A stretch of 63,137 nucleotides of DNA, the filler included, from Octopus bimaculoides (Eukaryota), in assembly GCF_001194135.2 (NCBI RefSeq). It is 5 parts of 5 records of this genome, joined end to end, with 100 filler letters (N's around TTAATTAATTAA, not from the genome) between each part and the next. Parts side by side here need not be neighbours in the genome. Positions count along the whole stretch, not along the records: positions 49,027 to 60,390 come from NC_068988.1; positions 60,491 to 63,137 come from NW_026313196.1; 3 more parts are not named here. One strand, written 5' to 3'. Shown piece after piece: positions 49,818 to 63,097 of the stretch. The translations under genes were made by a program, and so were the position numbers. The notes below the pieces were generated by a model that did not search any database, was not told where the DNA came from, and saw nothing but the letters and a program-made list of their open reading frames with translations. The first letter of the stretch is position 1. Each line of letters opens with the position of its first letter.

Positions 49818-49879
49818 GACCCGATCGGAAGATGAAATAAAATGCAAATCTAACGGAAAATAATAATCGTAATCGTAAT

Positions 49880-50580
49880 ATTAATAAGCCTTTCTACAAA
49901 AGGCACAAGGCCTTAAATTTTTTTGGGGGGGTGGCGGAGGAGTGACAGTCGAGTACATCGACCCCAGTACTCATTTGGTACTTATTTTATATTAACCCCG
50001 AAAGGATGAAAAGTAAACTAGACCGCGGTGGAATTTGAACTCAGAACGTAAATTCGGGCAAAAACCGCTGAGCATTTCACCCGGCGTGCTAAGGTTTCTG
50101 CCAGCTCGCTGCCTAAATCATCATAATGACAGTTCTTTCTGCTGAACGCATAAGACTTCAAGTGTTGCTGGGAGGGATTAAGTCGATTACACTGACACCA
50201 TTGCGTAACTGGTACTTATTTAATCGACACCGAAAGGATGAAAGACAAAGTCGACTGCGGCAGAATTTGAACTCAGTACGTAGTGGCACACGAAATAACG
50301 CTAAGCATTTCGGCCTGCGTGCTAACGATTCTGCCAGCTACCCGCCTTAAACATCATAATGATAATTCTTTTACTGGAAGCAGAAGTCTTGAAATTTGGG
50401 GTGAGGGATTAGGTCGATTACATTGACCCCAGTGCGTAACTGGTATTTATTTAATCGACCCCGAAAGAATGAAAGGCAAAGCTGATGTTGGCAGAATTTG
50501 AACTCAGAACGTAGTGGCACACGAAATAGCTCTCACCAATTCGCCTGGCGTGCTAACGATTCTGCCAGTCCACCACCCGA
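49880..50580 (-). mobile_element. Three head-to-tail SINE family B copies (~49880-50115, ~50150-50348, ~50375-50580)
   Basis: Each is the reverse complement of 25862-26088. Separated by short (AAT/CAT) runs. Confidence 0.9.
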
Positions 50581-50689
50581 TTCATCATCATAATAATAAT
50601 CATCTCCACAAAATCAACTCGCACTTTCCCATAAAACCCCAAAAGGTCAGGCCTTGTATCTATAGTAGATAGGATTATAACTATCACTT

Positions 50690-50865
50690 TCGCACGCAGG
50701 ACCAAAATAATTTGCGGCTTTTATTGTCTTTATGTTCTGAGTTCATTTTCCCCTAAGGTCGGTTTTGCCGTTTATCACATTGGGGTTGATAAATGAAGAA
50801 TCAGTTGTGCACAGTAATCGACCACCCGCTTCTCCATAATTTCAGACCTTGTGCTTATAGTAGCA
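50690..50865 (+). mobile_element. Degenerate SINE family B copy, inverted relative to the triplet
   Basis: ttatgttctgagttcattttcccctaaggtcggttttgcc...tcagaccttgtgcttatagtag. Confidence 0.65.
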
Positions 50866-53794
50866 GAAAACGTTTCATCATTACTTTTTTGTTTAATGCT
50901 TTTCTTAACTGCACTGTATTTACTTGTACAAGTTGGTAAATATTAATAAATTGACTTAAACAGACTTGGCATTTTTTCATGACAAGTATTCCCGATAAAG
51001 CCGTCAGGTCCGAGATCAATAGAGAATTCCAGATTACTCAGAGTGTACAACGATTCCAAATAAAATATGACTAACACAAGAAAGGAACTTGAGACGATAG
51101 TAATGCACAAGACAACAACGAAGATAAGCGAACTATCAACGCCACATAATACAAAATCTTAATCCATGTTTAAAAAAGATATCTTCCTGAAAATATCTCC
51201 GTGAAAACATGCGTGACGAAAACGACAAAAGAACCCGTGACAAGAAGGACGTTCAGAATAATTAAGGATTCCAGTGTAATAAGGTAATCTATATCAGTAA
51301 AAAGTAGTTTAAATTCAAAGTAACACCAACTAAACATTGTGCGCAAATCGAAAAAAGATATCCAAGCACGAAGTGAACTTCACACAGCAAGAGAGTCTAA
51401 GCTAAGAGGAGAACTGACGTAACAATTCAGTACACGACAATAAAACATCCTAAACCCGACCATTCAATCTGCTAGAAACAAAAACTTCATATCCTTCAGG
51501 TAACGTCTTGTCGTCCTAAAAGTAAGCAGCGAAAGAATTTACGATTTTCACATGCTTTCTGATCAAAGGTCTATGCCCGCGCAGTTGATACGCAGTTAGC
51601 TTTTAACAAACAGTTTCGACAGAAACCTGCCTCAGTCACACTGCTCAGCTGTAAGAGGAATGTGAGGTCACAGTGTCATACTATTTCCACGTCATCTTTC
51701 TTTTATATACACAGTTATATAAATTATAAATTATGCATCTCATGAGACATTCCCCACAAAGCTGCGGTTTTTAATTATTTTTTTTCTGCTGCTGTTATGC
51801 AGATTACTTTCACCTTCAAACCATATCGTGTCATATAAAACATGTGGCTCTCCGATACTTTATAGCTTTCTAAAATTAAATTTTCTATTGATGCATTTCT
51901 TTTTGTTCTAAAGATACAGAGAGACTTGTTTGCAGCAATTCCTAGAAGTCAAGCTACCGGTTAGAATATCACTCATTTGCTCAGCAGAGTTGCAATTTTA
52001 CTCTGAATAATCAATGTTTCTGATGATTTTAAATTAGATATTTGTGAGTTCTTTTTGGGTTTATAATTGTTTTACTGCTGTTGCCTTTTAATAATCTGCT
52101 AATTACTCGAGCGTCATGTCGTTGCCAATCTTCATAATTACGCCATTTATGTTAATAATCTCCTTTTATTAAATCTACTGGGGCTAATGAACTCCTTCTT
52201 GGAACTGCATAGCAGCACTTAATATTTTTTCTCAGAGGGAAATTATATCAAATAATTATGATTTCAAACACATTTCCTTTACATATCAGATTTTAAGCGA
52301 TATAATGGCAATTCCATATCAATGTTTAACATGTTAAGCAACTAAATCGTATTTTTAAGGAACAGGTATTATCGATTTTCATGTGCAAAGAGGTTTACCT
52401 TCATTAGAATGATTGGCATAACCTCAAAACAAGGAATTTACAATCATCGAGGAGCAGATGATTGGAATTTGTACCATCCTAATACACATGTATTTCACTG
52501 TATTTCACTCGTTGTTCGTATCAGTGGCTCCATAATAAAGGTGTGTAACATGATAATGCATATCATTTGATCAAGAAGTGTAAATAAACTGAAGGAATGA
52601 AAACCTGAATCTACAGACATTTGTAGTCTTTAAAAACGTGGCCATGGCTTCATACAGATTTTTTCCTCTCGTTTAATTTCCAAACACATCTTATTGTGGC
52701 TACATCCTGCGAGGAAATATGTATTATTATAAGTTATTATAAGTTAATCATACATATAGGCAAAAATATATTTACATCATATTTAAACATTTGGATATAA
52801 ATATTTCAAATAACGGAAATTGTCGTACATGTATCAATTATTTCAGCAAAAATAGTTTTCTGAATGATTGTACATTTGCATATATCTTGAAATGACAGTA
52901 GAACCAACAAAATATAAGAGCAGATTGACTATAAAAGAAAACAAAATCAAACGAATTCTAAAAGTGTTTAAATGAAAGCTAACATTGCATAAATTCATTT
53001 TACAAATTTAACCCTATTTCTTACTATTGTTAAATGAACATCAACTAAAATAGTTTTTACGTGACATTAATGGAATATATACAAGCATAAAGATTTAGTA
53101 TGAAAGCGCTTAGGAAATTTTAATAATATTTATTCTTACTTCCATTCAATACATGTAGCGAACAACCATCCATAACAATTTTAGTTTTCTTAGAACATAC
53201 ACTTTATTATGAGGCATACAGGAAAGTCAAATTTAATCTCAGAAGTTTGAAAATAACAACCATGAATTATGCACCAGTATGGAATAGTGTAGCTGAGAAT
53301 CTGACATCCGAACTGGTTGGTATTGTGTTCGATTATGATGTACAATAATTCTGGCAAAACAATCCGATTTTAAACTCGAGTAGAACAAAGCTTTGTAAGT
53401 TTCAGTCGACAGAAGCAAGCTGTGAGAGATGCAGATTATGTGTGCATACTTCCTTTCAAATATATAGGGTCCATTTCTTTATACACACAAACAAAACACA
53501 CGCACATAATTATATATATTATTTTATGCATGTGTGTCAGTGATTCACGTCTCTGTATGTGCGAGTTAAGAAAATTATATTTTGTATATATGCTGGATTT
53601 CTCTGTTCATTTTCATTCCCTATAGGTAAACGATGCTGTCACACTCCTAATTAAATTTTGATTAATTCTTGAATACTCTTAAGGGTATTATTCTTTTCTC
53701 AATGACTTCGATACAATGAACCTCATACTTATTCATATCTATCTATCTATCTATCTACCTATCTATCTATCTATGTATCTATGTGTCTATCTAA

Positions 53795-53838
<44 letters not shown>

Positions 53839-53990
53839 ACAAATAGGTTATCTATTCATTATGCATTTGTCATATGTGTTTGCGTGTGTGTGTGTGTATG
53901 TAAAACTAATATCTATCTGAAGTAAACATTCTCGGAGCAAAATATTCAGCGTTTCATTCGTGCATATTCAAAAGTTCAATNNNNNNNNNN

Positions 53991-54004
53991 CGCTCTTCCG
54001 ATCT
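53991..54004 (+). other. Illumina adapter remnant (assembly artefact)
   Basis: CGCTCTTCCGATCT immediately after a 10-N run is the 3' end of the TruSeq adapter. Confidence 0.85.
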
Positions 54005-54056
54005 TATATATATATAGATAGATAGATATATACATACATATATGAATGATACTTGC

Positions 54057-54230
54057 CTTGGCATCGCGACAGCTGTCCACTCCATTCTCCGTCCGACATG
54101 CAGCGACGCTCTGCTGATCCAACAAGCTTATATCCTTCTGGGCATGAGAAACGCAAAACTGTATTGTACGTTTCACCTGATCCAGTAATAAAGCCATTTA
54201 ATGGTGGTCCAAGTTTCTCACAACGTATTG
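54057..54230 (-). CDS. Sushi/CCP domain exon (174 nt, phase 1-1) with a GC donor
   Basis: tattttcttttcag|CA ATA CGT TGT... = (P)IRCEKLGPPLNGFITGSGETYNTVLRFSCPEGYKLVGSAERRCMSDGEWSGQLSRCQ, ending CAAG|gcaagt. Four-Cys, G-Y and W-S-G sushi pattern. Not in the ORF track. Confidence 0.92.
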
Positions 54231-54460
54231 CTGAAAAGAAAATATATTTTACAGTCTATTGTTTTGATTTATGTTAATGTAGTAAAGGGGTCAGCTACAG
54301 AAAAAATATAATTTTATTCCACATATATTTGGTCCCTTGATATATAGAAGACGATTACGGTAAGTGATATTTAATTTGTTAGTCATTGTGTATATCTCTC
54401 TCTCTCTCTCTCTCTCTCTNNNNNNNNNNNNNNNNTATATATATATATATATATATATAT

Positions 54461-54755
54461 ATCCTCCTTCAAACGAGCCCACAACCTGCGTGGCCGCCTG
54501 GTCTACAGTTTTTTTCCCTAATCCCACCTCCCCACCTGGCTCGTTCTCGTGCTTCCGCCCACGCTGTCGCGACCTTAACTCTACAACACCACCATCATCA
54601 CAAGTACCCATCATCCACCCTATCATATCACTGACTCCTTTACATGCACTTCTAACTACGTCATTTAATGCATCTGCTCTTTCTCTCCTTCTAAATACAT
54701 CGGTGAAACGGAAGCCGCTTGGCTGACCGGTTCGGGGAGTACCTCCGATATCGGG
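54461..54755 (+). mobile_element. Penelope-like element GIY-YIG endonuclease fragment
   Basis: PPGSFSCFRPRC...YHITDSFTCTSNYVI*CICS...KYIGET/RLADRFGEYLR. Confidence 0.85.
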
Positions 54756-55345
54756 AATAACTTTATAAGGTTTGAGAGGAAAGAAGGGAAGAAGTGCTTC
54801 AGCGACAAAGTAATTAGTAGCTTGTGAACAACATCTATATTAATTTGTAACCTTTTAGGTAATTTAGTATATTCTTGATACTGCTAAGGCGGCTTTCTGT
54901 AGAATCAATCTATCGTCATATAATTCTTCAAACTAGAATATTGTTTCACATAGTTCTAAGTATTTATATAGTAAATGATTTAGCCTGTTACAAATTATGA
55001 CACAAATATACAATATGTGATATGAGTTGATTATATCATGGTTAAGATTATAATTAAAACAATGAACTATCAAACTGTCTTTCTGAATTCTGAGAAAAAT
55101 CCGTTTCGTTGCACTCGCGAACTTAGTGAATATAATACTTTGCTTATGATATTCATATAAGATTCCTATTCAGCCCAAGTAGTTGATTTGTGTCTGAGCT
55201 TCTTTTAACACGCCTACTATGTTATTAAAAAAAACTAATCTTCAATGTATTCAATTGATGTATTAAACAAACAATCACATTTATTATTTTTCATTAAAAT
55301 GGGAAAAGAGAATAATCTTATTAACAAGTGATAATTAACACTCAC

Positions 55346-55513
55346 GGTTACATAGTGGTAGAGATCCTGACCACTGTCCATTTAGCTGGCACTCTCGCAC
55401 AGGATTGCCGATCAACTGGAAACCTTCATTGCAAAAATATGTCACTTTTGCGGGATATCGGAAATCTTGACCTTCCCGTCGTCCATTGGATACCTCTCCC
55501 GGATACTTACAAT
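55346..55513 (-). CDS. Sushi/CCP domain exon (168 nt, phase 1-1)
   Basis: ctag|AT TGT... = (D)CKYPGEVSNGRREGQDFRYPAKVTYFCNEGFQLIGNPVRECQLNGQWSGSLPLCN, ending C|gtgagt. Joins the next exon in frame (CN-P-IRC). Confidence 0.95.
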
Positions 55514-56368
55514 CTAGTTTACAGTTGAAAATACAATGCAATTTTAGATGCGAAATTTAAAATACATAATGCAAATACAGGCAAGTAAATAAAACAAAAA
55601 AAATCAGTTTGTGAAAAAACTGAAGATAAACCAGTGTTAATCTGTAAAATGGAAGCAATATTTAGCATAATTTACAATTTTCCATTGGGTAAATATTTGG
55701 CAACACAGTATCTTTCAGCGTAGTTTATTGCACTTTAGTCAAAGGTTCAATATGAGCGATTGGAGACTAGCCATTTTTCTGAGTTTGCTGTGTACTCCTT
55801 TAAGCATTCAATATTTGTTTCATGCGATAATAAAATGATGAAAAACATTTGGCTTGTTTCACTTTCTTTTTTGAAATGTATACATTCTACACTATTTTGA
55901 TGTTCGCGAAAATATGTATTTGGAAGCCCTTTTAAGGCATATATTTTAATGTCTTATCTCTTTGGTATACTTAAAAAATATTGATCGAATGATTATGGGA
56001 AATGTGTACATAATCTATCATAGCCTATAAATTTTTACCTCGCAAATTAGTAGATCATTCTAGAATTACTTCCTACAGTGTTGTTCCATTCTCATAGAAT
56101 GGCAGCATATTTTTATTTTTACGACAGTATACTTTGGAATATTGCCATTCTGAGTCCAATTTCACCTTATACTTCATTCTAAGATCGATAAAATAGAAAC
56201 CAGAAATTTTATTTGTTAAAAGATTTATGAACATAACTTGCAACGAAATTTAGGGTAAAAACCACTGTGCTTTGAAATATACCAATCGAAATATATTCGC
56301 CGGCTTTATATAGGTTCGATTATTATGTGTAACCAACAACCTTTTGCTGTTATATTGTATCTACTTAC

Positions 56369-56395
56369 CTGTTTCGGGCTCTGTAGCATCAGATT
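56369..56395 (-). CDS. 27-nt microexon upstream of the sushi exons
   Basis: ttcttcctctactttcag|AATCTGATGCTACAGAGCCCGAAACAG|gtaagta. Phase 1-1, reads xSDATEPET and completes GAT (Asp) with the next exon. Confidence 0.7.
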
Positions 56396-59175
56396 CTGAA
56401 AGTAGAGGAAGAACAAGTGGTTTGCACTTTATTTGATATAAAACAAAGGAAATTTTAGAATATGCATTTCGTGTCTTTACGTAATTTATAAATATGAATA
56501 AATCGTTTTTTAGCGAATTTTATTATAGATCCTTTATAAAGAGAATCATGTAACTCATGGTGAATTCTTAAAAATATAAACAAATCAAACAAGTGAATTG
56601 TTATTCAACATTAAAGATAATCTATTATTGCATTAGTAGAAAAATATCAAACGTTACTTCGGGCAATTTTACAGTGCTCAATTCCGAAAATATAATGAAT
56701 ATATGTGATTAAGTAATAACATCGAGGGACAGCTAACTCTATAATAATGATGAAATCATCTTAGGTAGATATATTCACGTAGACATATAGATATGTTTCC
56801 ATAATATAATGCATGGATAGTCATAAAAAAAGAAACAAAAATACCCATATTTACAGCAATATCATCCCGGTTTTAACTTAAAACTAAATGTTATAAATTA
56901 CTTTTTGAAACTATGAGCGTTTGTAATTATTTTCTGCTCTGGAATGTGATTGTAAAATATTCCTTTATTCATTCATTGTATAACGTAACATAACCTTGAG
57001 AATTACTCTAAGAGCGTACAGTGTTTTTGCTATTATTGATCTAAACTGAAATAAATTCAATTGTAAATAAAAGATTTTTGTGGAAGCAATTCATCTGATT
57101 TTTTTCTGATATTCACATGTTATACCTACATGGAAAGAATGCTATTTATATAATGAAGACATATGAAACCGTCAGCTAGAAATTGTATCTTCAAAGATGT
57201 CAGTCTATAAGCGACAAAAACATTGACATCTTATGTCGTATGCACTTAAGCTTTAAACATTTCATTAAAAATATATTGTTCACATATCGTATTTTAGAAA
57301 AATCTTTTTATCATGATGCTCAATATGCTATAATTTTCTACAACCAAAGATCTGTACATATATATTATTGTTTTACATGGCACATAAACAGAAATGTTAA
57401 CATAATACTCATAAATGCATTAAAAACGTTATCATTCGCCATCGTGTGTTGGTCATAGCGATATCAAGTATATATTATAAACTTTATACTTGCTCCTTGT
57501 CTAATCATACAGTCATACATTTCTAACACACATTTTCATTTTCAGCACCAGACAGGAAAATTACTTCTATGATTTAATTGGTGTTCTTCTTATGGGTTCC
57601 TCTTAACAACTGCTTCGGCACCGGTACAACCAAACGGTTTCTAGCTACTTTCGTCCATTGCGCTTCAGTGAAACACGAACGATTTGCACCTAAATCGAGT
57701 GTTGTAACGTTCTTTCGTTCATAGTGTGTGATATGATTTTTAGTGATCTGGTGTCTATTTCTGCAGGCATTGTGATCGTGTTGAAGCTTTCTCAGTGGAT
57801 CTTATTCATCAAAATTTTAGAACAATGATATCGGAAAACGTAATCTAATTTAGATACATTAATTCGATAATGGATAACGGAAGACCAGAAGACCGTAGTG
57901 AAGTGGTCTGGATTCATCGATCATGTCTCTGCATGGGAAATATGACATGTATCTCGCTAACTGAAGCTTGTTACAATAAGAGTTACATTGAAATACATTT
58001 AGCTCGTTGAAACCCATGCTGAGTCTGGCAACTATATTTCAACAGTAAAGTTTTGATAATATTCTATTGACATATGCTTATATCAATGGTTTCTAAATAC
58101 TTTGGATCAAAAAGAAAACAAGATCACCAATATCCAGCTGAAAGTCTTCATGGCAATGTTATAATTGCATCAAACTGTACATCCTATTGTACATTTACAA
58201 GGAGTTTTAGAGCAACAGTATTTTAAGGAAAACTAGTTGTATGCATATCGACATATATGTTATGGCAAATGTTTATCGTCCCACGTAATAATATTTGTTA
58301 CTCTCAGTTTTGGCCCTCATGTTATTTCCACATGCATAAAATAATTAAACGCTTGAATCCCACAACAGGACTAGTGAGATTCTGATATCGTTCGAGTGTT
58401 ATTGAAAACCAGACGAAACTATTAATTATAATTTAAAGGGTTGCTTTAGCCCCCAGTTGAACACAAAGTGCATGATACATTCTATACGACTAAAATTTAT
58501 AATCTTACAAGAATTTTTTTTAAATGTACAAGTTTGAGTATGTAACGGGAGACGTTGCACTCATCATGCTAGAAACTGGCTATTTGCATAGGTGAGTAAA
58601 TATCGCATGACAAGCACAATACCATGGCATAAAGTCAACCCAAGCTCATGTGAATGTCAACAACCTTCAATTATACTTGACAGTACCGTAAAAATAACGG
58701 CAATAGAGCACAATCCATATTAAGTCTGTTGCTAGTAGATATATATGTTTGCCTGTGCATACATCACAACGTTCAAGTGTCTGAGACCAGATACTTTGGC
58801 ATATTCTCTCTAGATAAATTCCAAGTTCGCGTTAAGACAATTTGTTTAGCAGTCACGATTAATGGTCTCTGAATTTCACTGTGAAATTCAAACTGCATCA
58901 ATTCAATCTGCTTGACAAAACAATGAAGCAGTTTTCCGATAATATAATCCGCAGTACAATACATATTAATATTTGCACATAAATACACATCTCCTAACAA
59001 ACATCTACAGACACACATAAGTGCTATTCCCCACTCATGGGGAATTGCCTGTATCTTTACGGTTTGGTTGACTACAATACCCTTCATATCCTTTATATAT
59101 ATATATATATAATTGAGTGAATGCATAAATATAATTATAGACATAATGCGTATTTCTATATATGTCTAAATATAC

Positions 59176-59230
<55 letters not shown>

Positions 59231-60039
59231 GATATATAGATATACGTATATACTCTCACATACATGTGCGCTCAACCATGAATACACATATGCATACATA
59301 CGCACGCACACACACATGCAAACATTGAGAAGTATAAGAAAACCGACGTTAGTAGTTGCTTAACTGCCTAAACAATGCATCAGACGAATTCACAGATATA
59401 AGATGTGAAAATATTTTTTTTAAAGAAGACATTAGATACGGATTCTTCATTAGTCACTTAGCATTTTGAAACAGAAAAAATGTCAAGTTTTCTAATGTGC
59501 TAAAGCAGGATTAGCATTATTTTCAAGAAAATTAATTAAACATCTAAGAACATATAATTAATTGTATGTTATTCCAATACCGTAATAAAAAGCGAAGCGA
59601 AACAAAGATATTGTAAAAGCGAATAGAATGACAATGAATGGATATATCCTGCAAAGAAAATCTAATATAAACGATTTGTTTTAAAGCAGTACTTTAATAT
59701 ATAACACATTTCTTCAAGGACGCTTAAAGCTATCTCTAGTTGAATTTTTGATTATTCAATGTTTTCGCAATCTTCACGGACTATTCTCACCGAGAGCATA
59801 AATGATTGAGACACATTTTAATTCATTTCTAATAAAGTCATAACAGATTAGTCATGTAAAATATGCAAACTTTTAGCAAAAGTTATGTGCAAAAGTATGT
59901 TGATAACTTTCACAGATGCGCAAAAGTGAACTTTATATACGCACACACATATACAAATATCTACGCACATATATTTATGTGCGTGTATCTTTGATTTTTT
60001 AACTGTTTTAATCATTAGAATGCAGCCATGATGGATCAT

Positions 60040-60340
60040 CACCTAGAATTGATTTTAGTCGAATGAATCGACCCCAGCATTATTTTTTTTAAAGCCTGGT
60101 ACTTATTCTATCGGTCTCTAGTGCCGAACTATTAAATTACGGGGACGAAACACACCAACAAACACTCACAAAAAGACATACTTTACATTATGTATATATA
60201 CATTATATTCTCAGCGCAAAGAACGCTACTCGAGTACATTGGAGCAACGTGAGTAGATTGTGTTCAAGAACATAACGCATCACCCAGTCCAGGAATCGAA
60301 ACCACAATTTTACGATCATGGTTGCAACACATTGGGCCAC
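60040..60340 (-). mobile_element. SINE A 3' fragment (60040-60165) and SINE C head fragment (60235-60340)
   Basis: Reverse-complement similarity to 48230-48330 and to the SINE C head. Confidence 0.65.
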
Positions 60341-60490
60341 ACAAAAATACTAAATATATAGGCATGATGTAAATGTATATATATATATATNNNNNNNNNN
60401 NNNNNNNNNNNNNNNNNNNNNNNNNNNNNNNNNNTTAATTAATTAANNNNNNNNNNNNNNNNNNNNNNNNNNNNNNNNNNNNNNNNNNNN

Positions 60491-60531
<41 letters not shown>

Positions 60532-60954
60532 TTTTGTTTTATTAAGTGTCTCATCGCTTATTGATGTGGATATGAAATTGTAAATCTCACGCGCTCTCTT
60601 GTGTAATTGAAAACTCCTGCGTCAGATGACATAAAAGTCAGTTTTAAATGCTTATCTTATAAGTTCGTTTGCTTATTCTTTTATCGTTCGTTTCTGTCCT
60701 GCTCTAAGCCATCCAAGAGTGCATAACAAACACATGCAAGCACAGACATAAATGCATTCATACAAACACACATACACATGTACGTAGGTAAAGCTGTACC
60801 CATATGTATTGTTGGATGATTTCAGCAGAGCTGAACATAGTTAACTGAGAGATAAGAATGAGTTTCGAAGACTACATATAACGTTCCAGATACTAACTGC
60901 GAATATAAATTATGCTGTGATTATATATAATTAAAGAAAAGCTTCACAATATAT

Positions 60955-60985
<31 letters not shown>

Positions 60986-61118
60986 CATAATATACACACG
61001 CAAAGAAAGTTAAATTTCTGATAAAGTTAAGTTAAACTTGGAAACTCTCGTAAAATATTACACATACACACACATGTATATACGTGTAAACATATATACA
61101 TATACATGCATATATTAT

Positions 61119-61149
<31 letters not shown>

Positions 61150-61249
61150 CATATATGTATATTTATATATTTGTATATGTACGTATATGTGTGTGTACAT
61201 ATATGTATATGTACTTATATGTATAGTATGTGTGTGGTGTGTACACATA

Positions 61250-61286
<37 letters not shown>

Positions 61287-61296
61287 NNNNNNNNNN

Positions 61297-61337
<41 letters not shown>

Positions 61338-61489
61338 TGCACACACGTATGCACATACTTATATAAGTGCGTATATTATTATGCATTAATATATTCGCAC
61401 TAATAACCGCATCATGTTTGTTATATCGATCTCCAGTTCTTGATTAATACTTTATTTTATTGATCCCGGAAATATAAACTGTAATGTTT

Positions 61490-62600
61490 CTCTAATTCAG
61501 CAAGAATATTGGGACGCAGGTTGGTGTAAATAAGCGAGAAGTATTAATTATGAAGGGAGGTCAAAAGATAAACTCTGAGAGTATGAAGTTTCCACACGAC
61601 AGTATCATTAGAGCGTTGAAAAATAATGGTGGGGAGGGCATGCATATATTTATGAGTACTGCAGGATGATAGGGGTAAAGGAAGGAAAAATGAGACAGGA
61701 AATCTCCAAAGGGCACAAATGAAGAAGAGTGAAGGTGCTCGAAACAAAATTAAATGGTGGTAGTATTATGAAAGTAATAAATACATGGACCATGCCAATA
61801 TTTGGACATTCTGCTCCTTTTCTAAAATGGTTAAAGACAAAGCTACGGAACTCGGATAGAAGAACAAGGAAGCTGTTCACAATGTGCAATGCATACCAAC
61901 CTAAAGATAATATCGATAGTTTCAACCTACGTAAGAGGGAAGGAGGCAGATATTTGCTAAATGCAGAAGACACAGTTAGTATTACGATATTGTGTTTGAA
62001 AGACTATGTTATACGTAGTGAAGAGAGAACACTCTCGGTAACTTGAAATGTCCAGGAAGTTACTGAAATATTAAGGAGAATTCAAGAACAGAATGAAGAC
62101 CGAGAGAACAAGTAGATGGGGAGAAAAGGAATTACATGGCCAATTCAGTCACAAACCAAGGATTTTTGAAAAAAAACCCAAAACACAAGAACGTTTCCAT
62201 GGCTGAAGGGCGAAAACCTGAAGCAAGAGACTAATTATAGCCGCTTAGAAACAAACCAATAGGACGAATCTGATAAAGGCAAAGATTGATTAAAGTAAGT
62301 CTGAGAGCAAATGCAGAATCTGTGGGGAAGGAGACGAATGTATCAACCGTCTCTTGAGTGAATGCAGTAAACTAGCAAAAGAAATGAGTATTCCAGTTGG
62401 CAGGCATTTCTGTAAGACTGGCATGTTAGTCTAGTGTGTGGATTGGAAGTAATAGAAAAGTGGTATGAGTTGTGTTAGGGAATAAGAATTACACAATTTT
62501 ATGGGATTTCCCCATAAAAAAAAATCAAACTAGCAATACTATTGAATCAAGGAAAGCAAATATGATTACAAAGGACAAAGAGGAAAAAAAAAGAAAAGAA
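61490..62600 (+). mobile_element. Degenerate R4/Dong-like non-LTR internal fragment (late RT, thumb, CCHC, start of RLE)
   Basis: KVLETKLNGGSIMKVINTWTMP...DRRTRKLFTM...REGGRYL, then LHGQF, KCRICGEGDECINRLLSECSKL and NKNYTILWDFPI. Confidence 0.85.
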
Positions 62601-63031
62601 AAAGTAACATATTTCCTCGTTAGTTTAAAGTTGACATTCGAAATATTACGGTATGTTTATAAAAGTTTACAACCTTCCTACACACATACAGGCACAGACA
62701 CACACAGACACACACAGACACAGACACACACAGACACAGACACACACAGACACAGACACACATAGACACAGACACAGATACACACACACGCGCACGCGTA
62801 TAGAAGATATTATAAGCACAAGATTATAAACACCAGTATTAGACAGAAATGGAAAAGAGGGATTTGACTCGTAAATCTATCTTTTATCGGGTGACTGCAT
62901 TAGCGATTAGACTGCCTACAGCTTTCTAATCTCCACTTCATTCTTTCATTCTTTCTTTCTTTCTTTATTTCTTTCTTTCTTTCTCTCTCAAACTCTCAAA
63001 TTAGATACATGTCTAATTTTATGATATATTA

Positions 63032-63097
<66 letters not shown>

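Noticed and set aside
53976-54277. ORF-track entries 53976-54197 (minus) and 54053-54277 (plus)
   Set aside because: Wrong-frame and antisense shadows of the real sushi exon at 54057-54230.
57640-57690. Hammerhead-like motif on the minus strand (ctgaagcg...gacgaaa)
   Set aside because: The core CUGANGA is broken and stems I and II cannot be formed convincingly.
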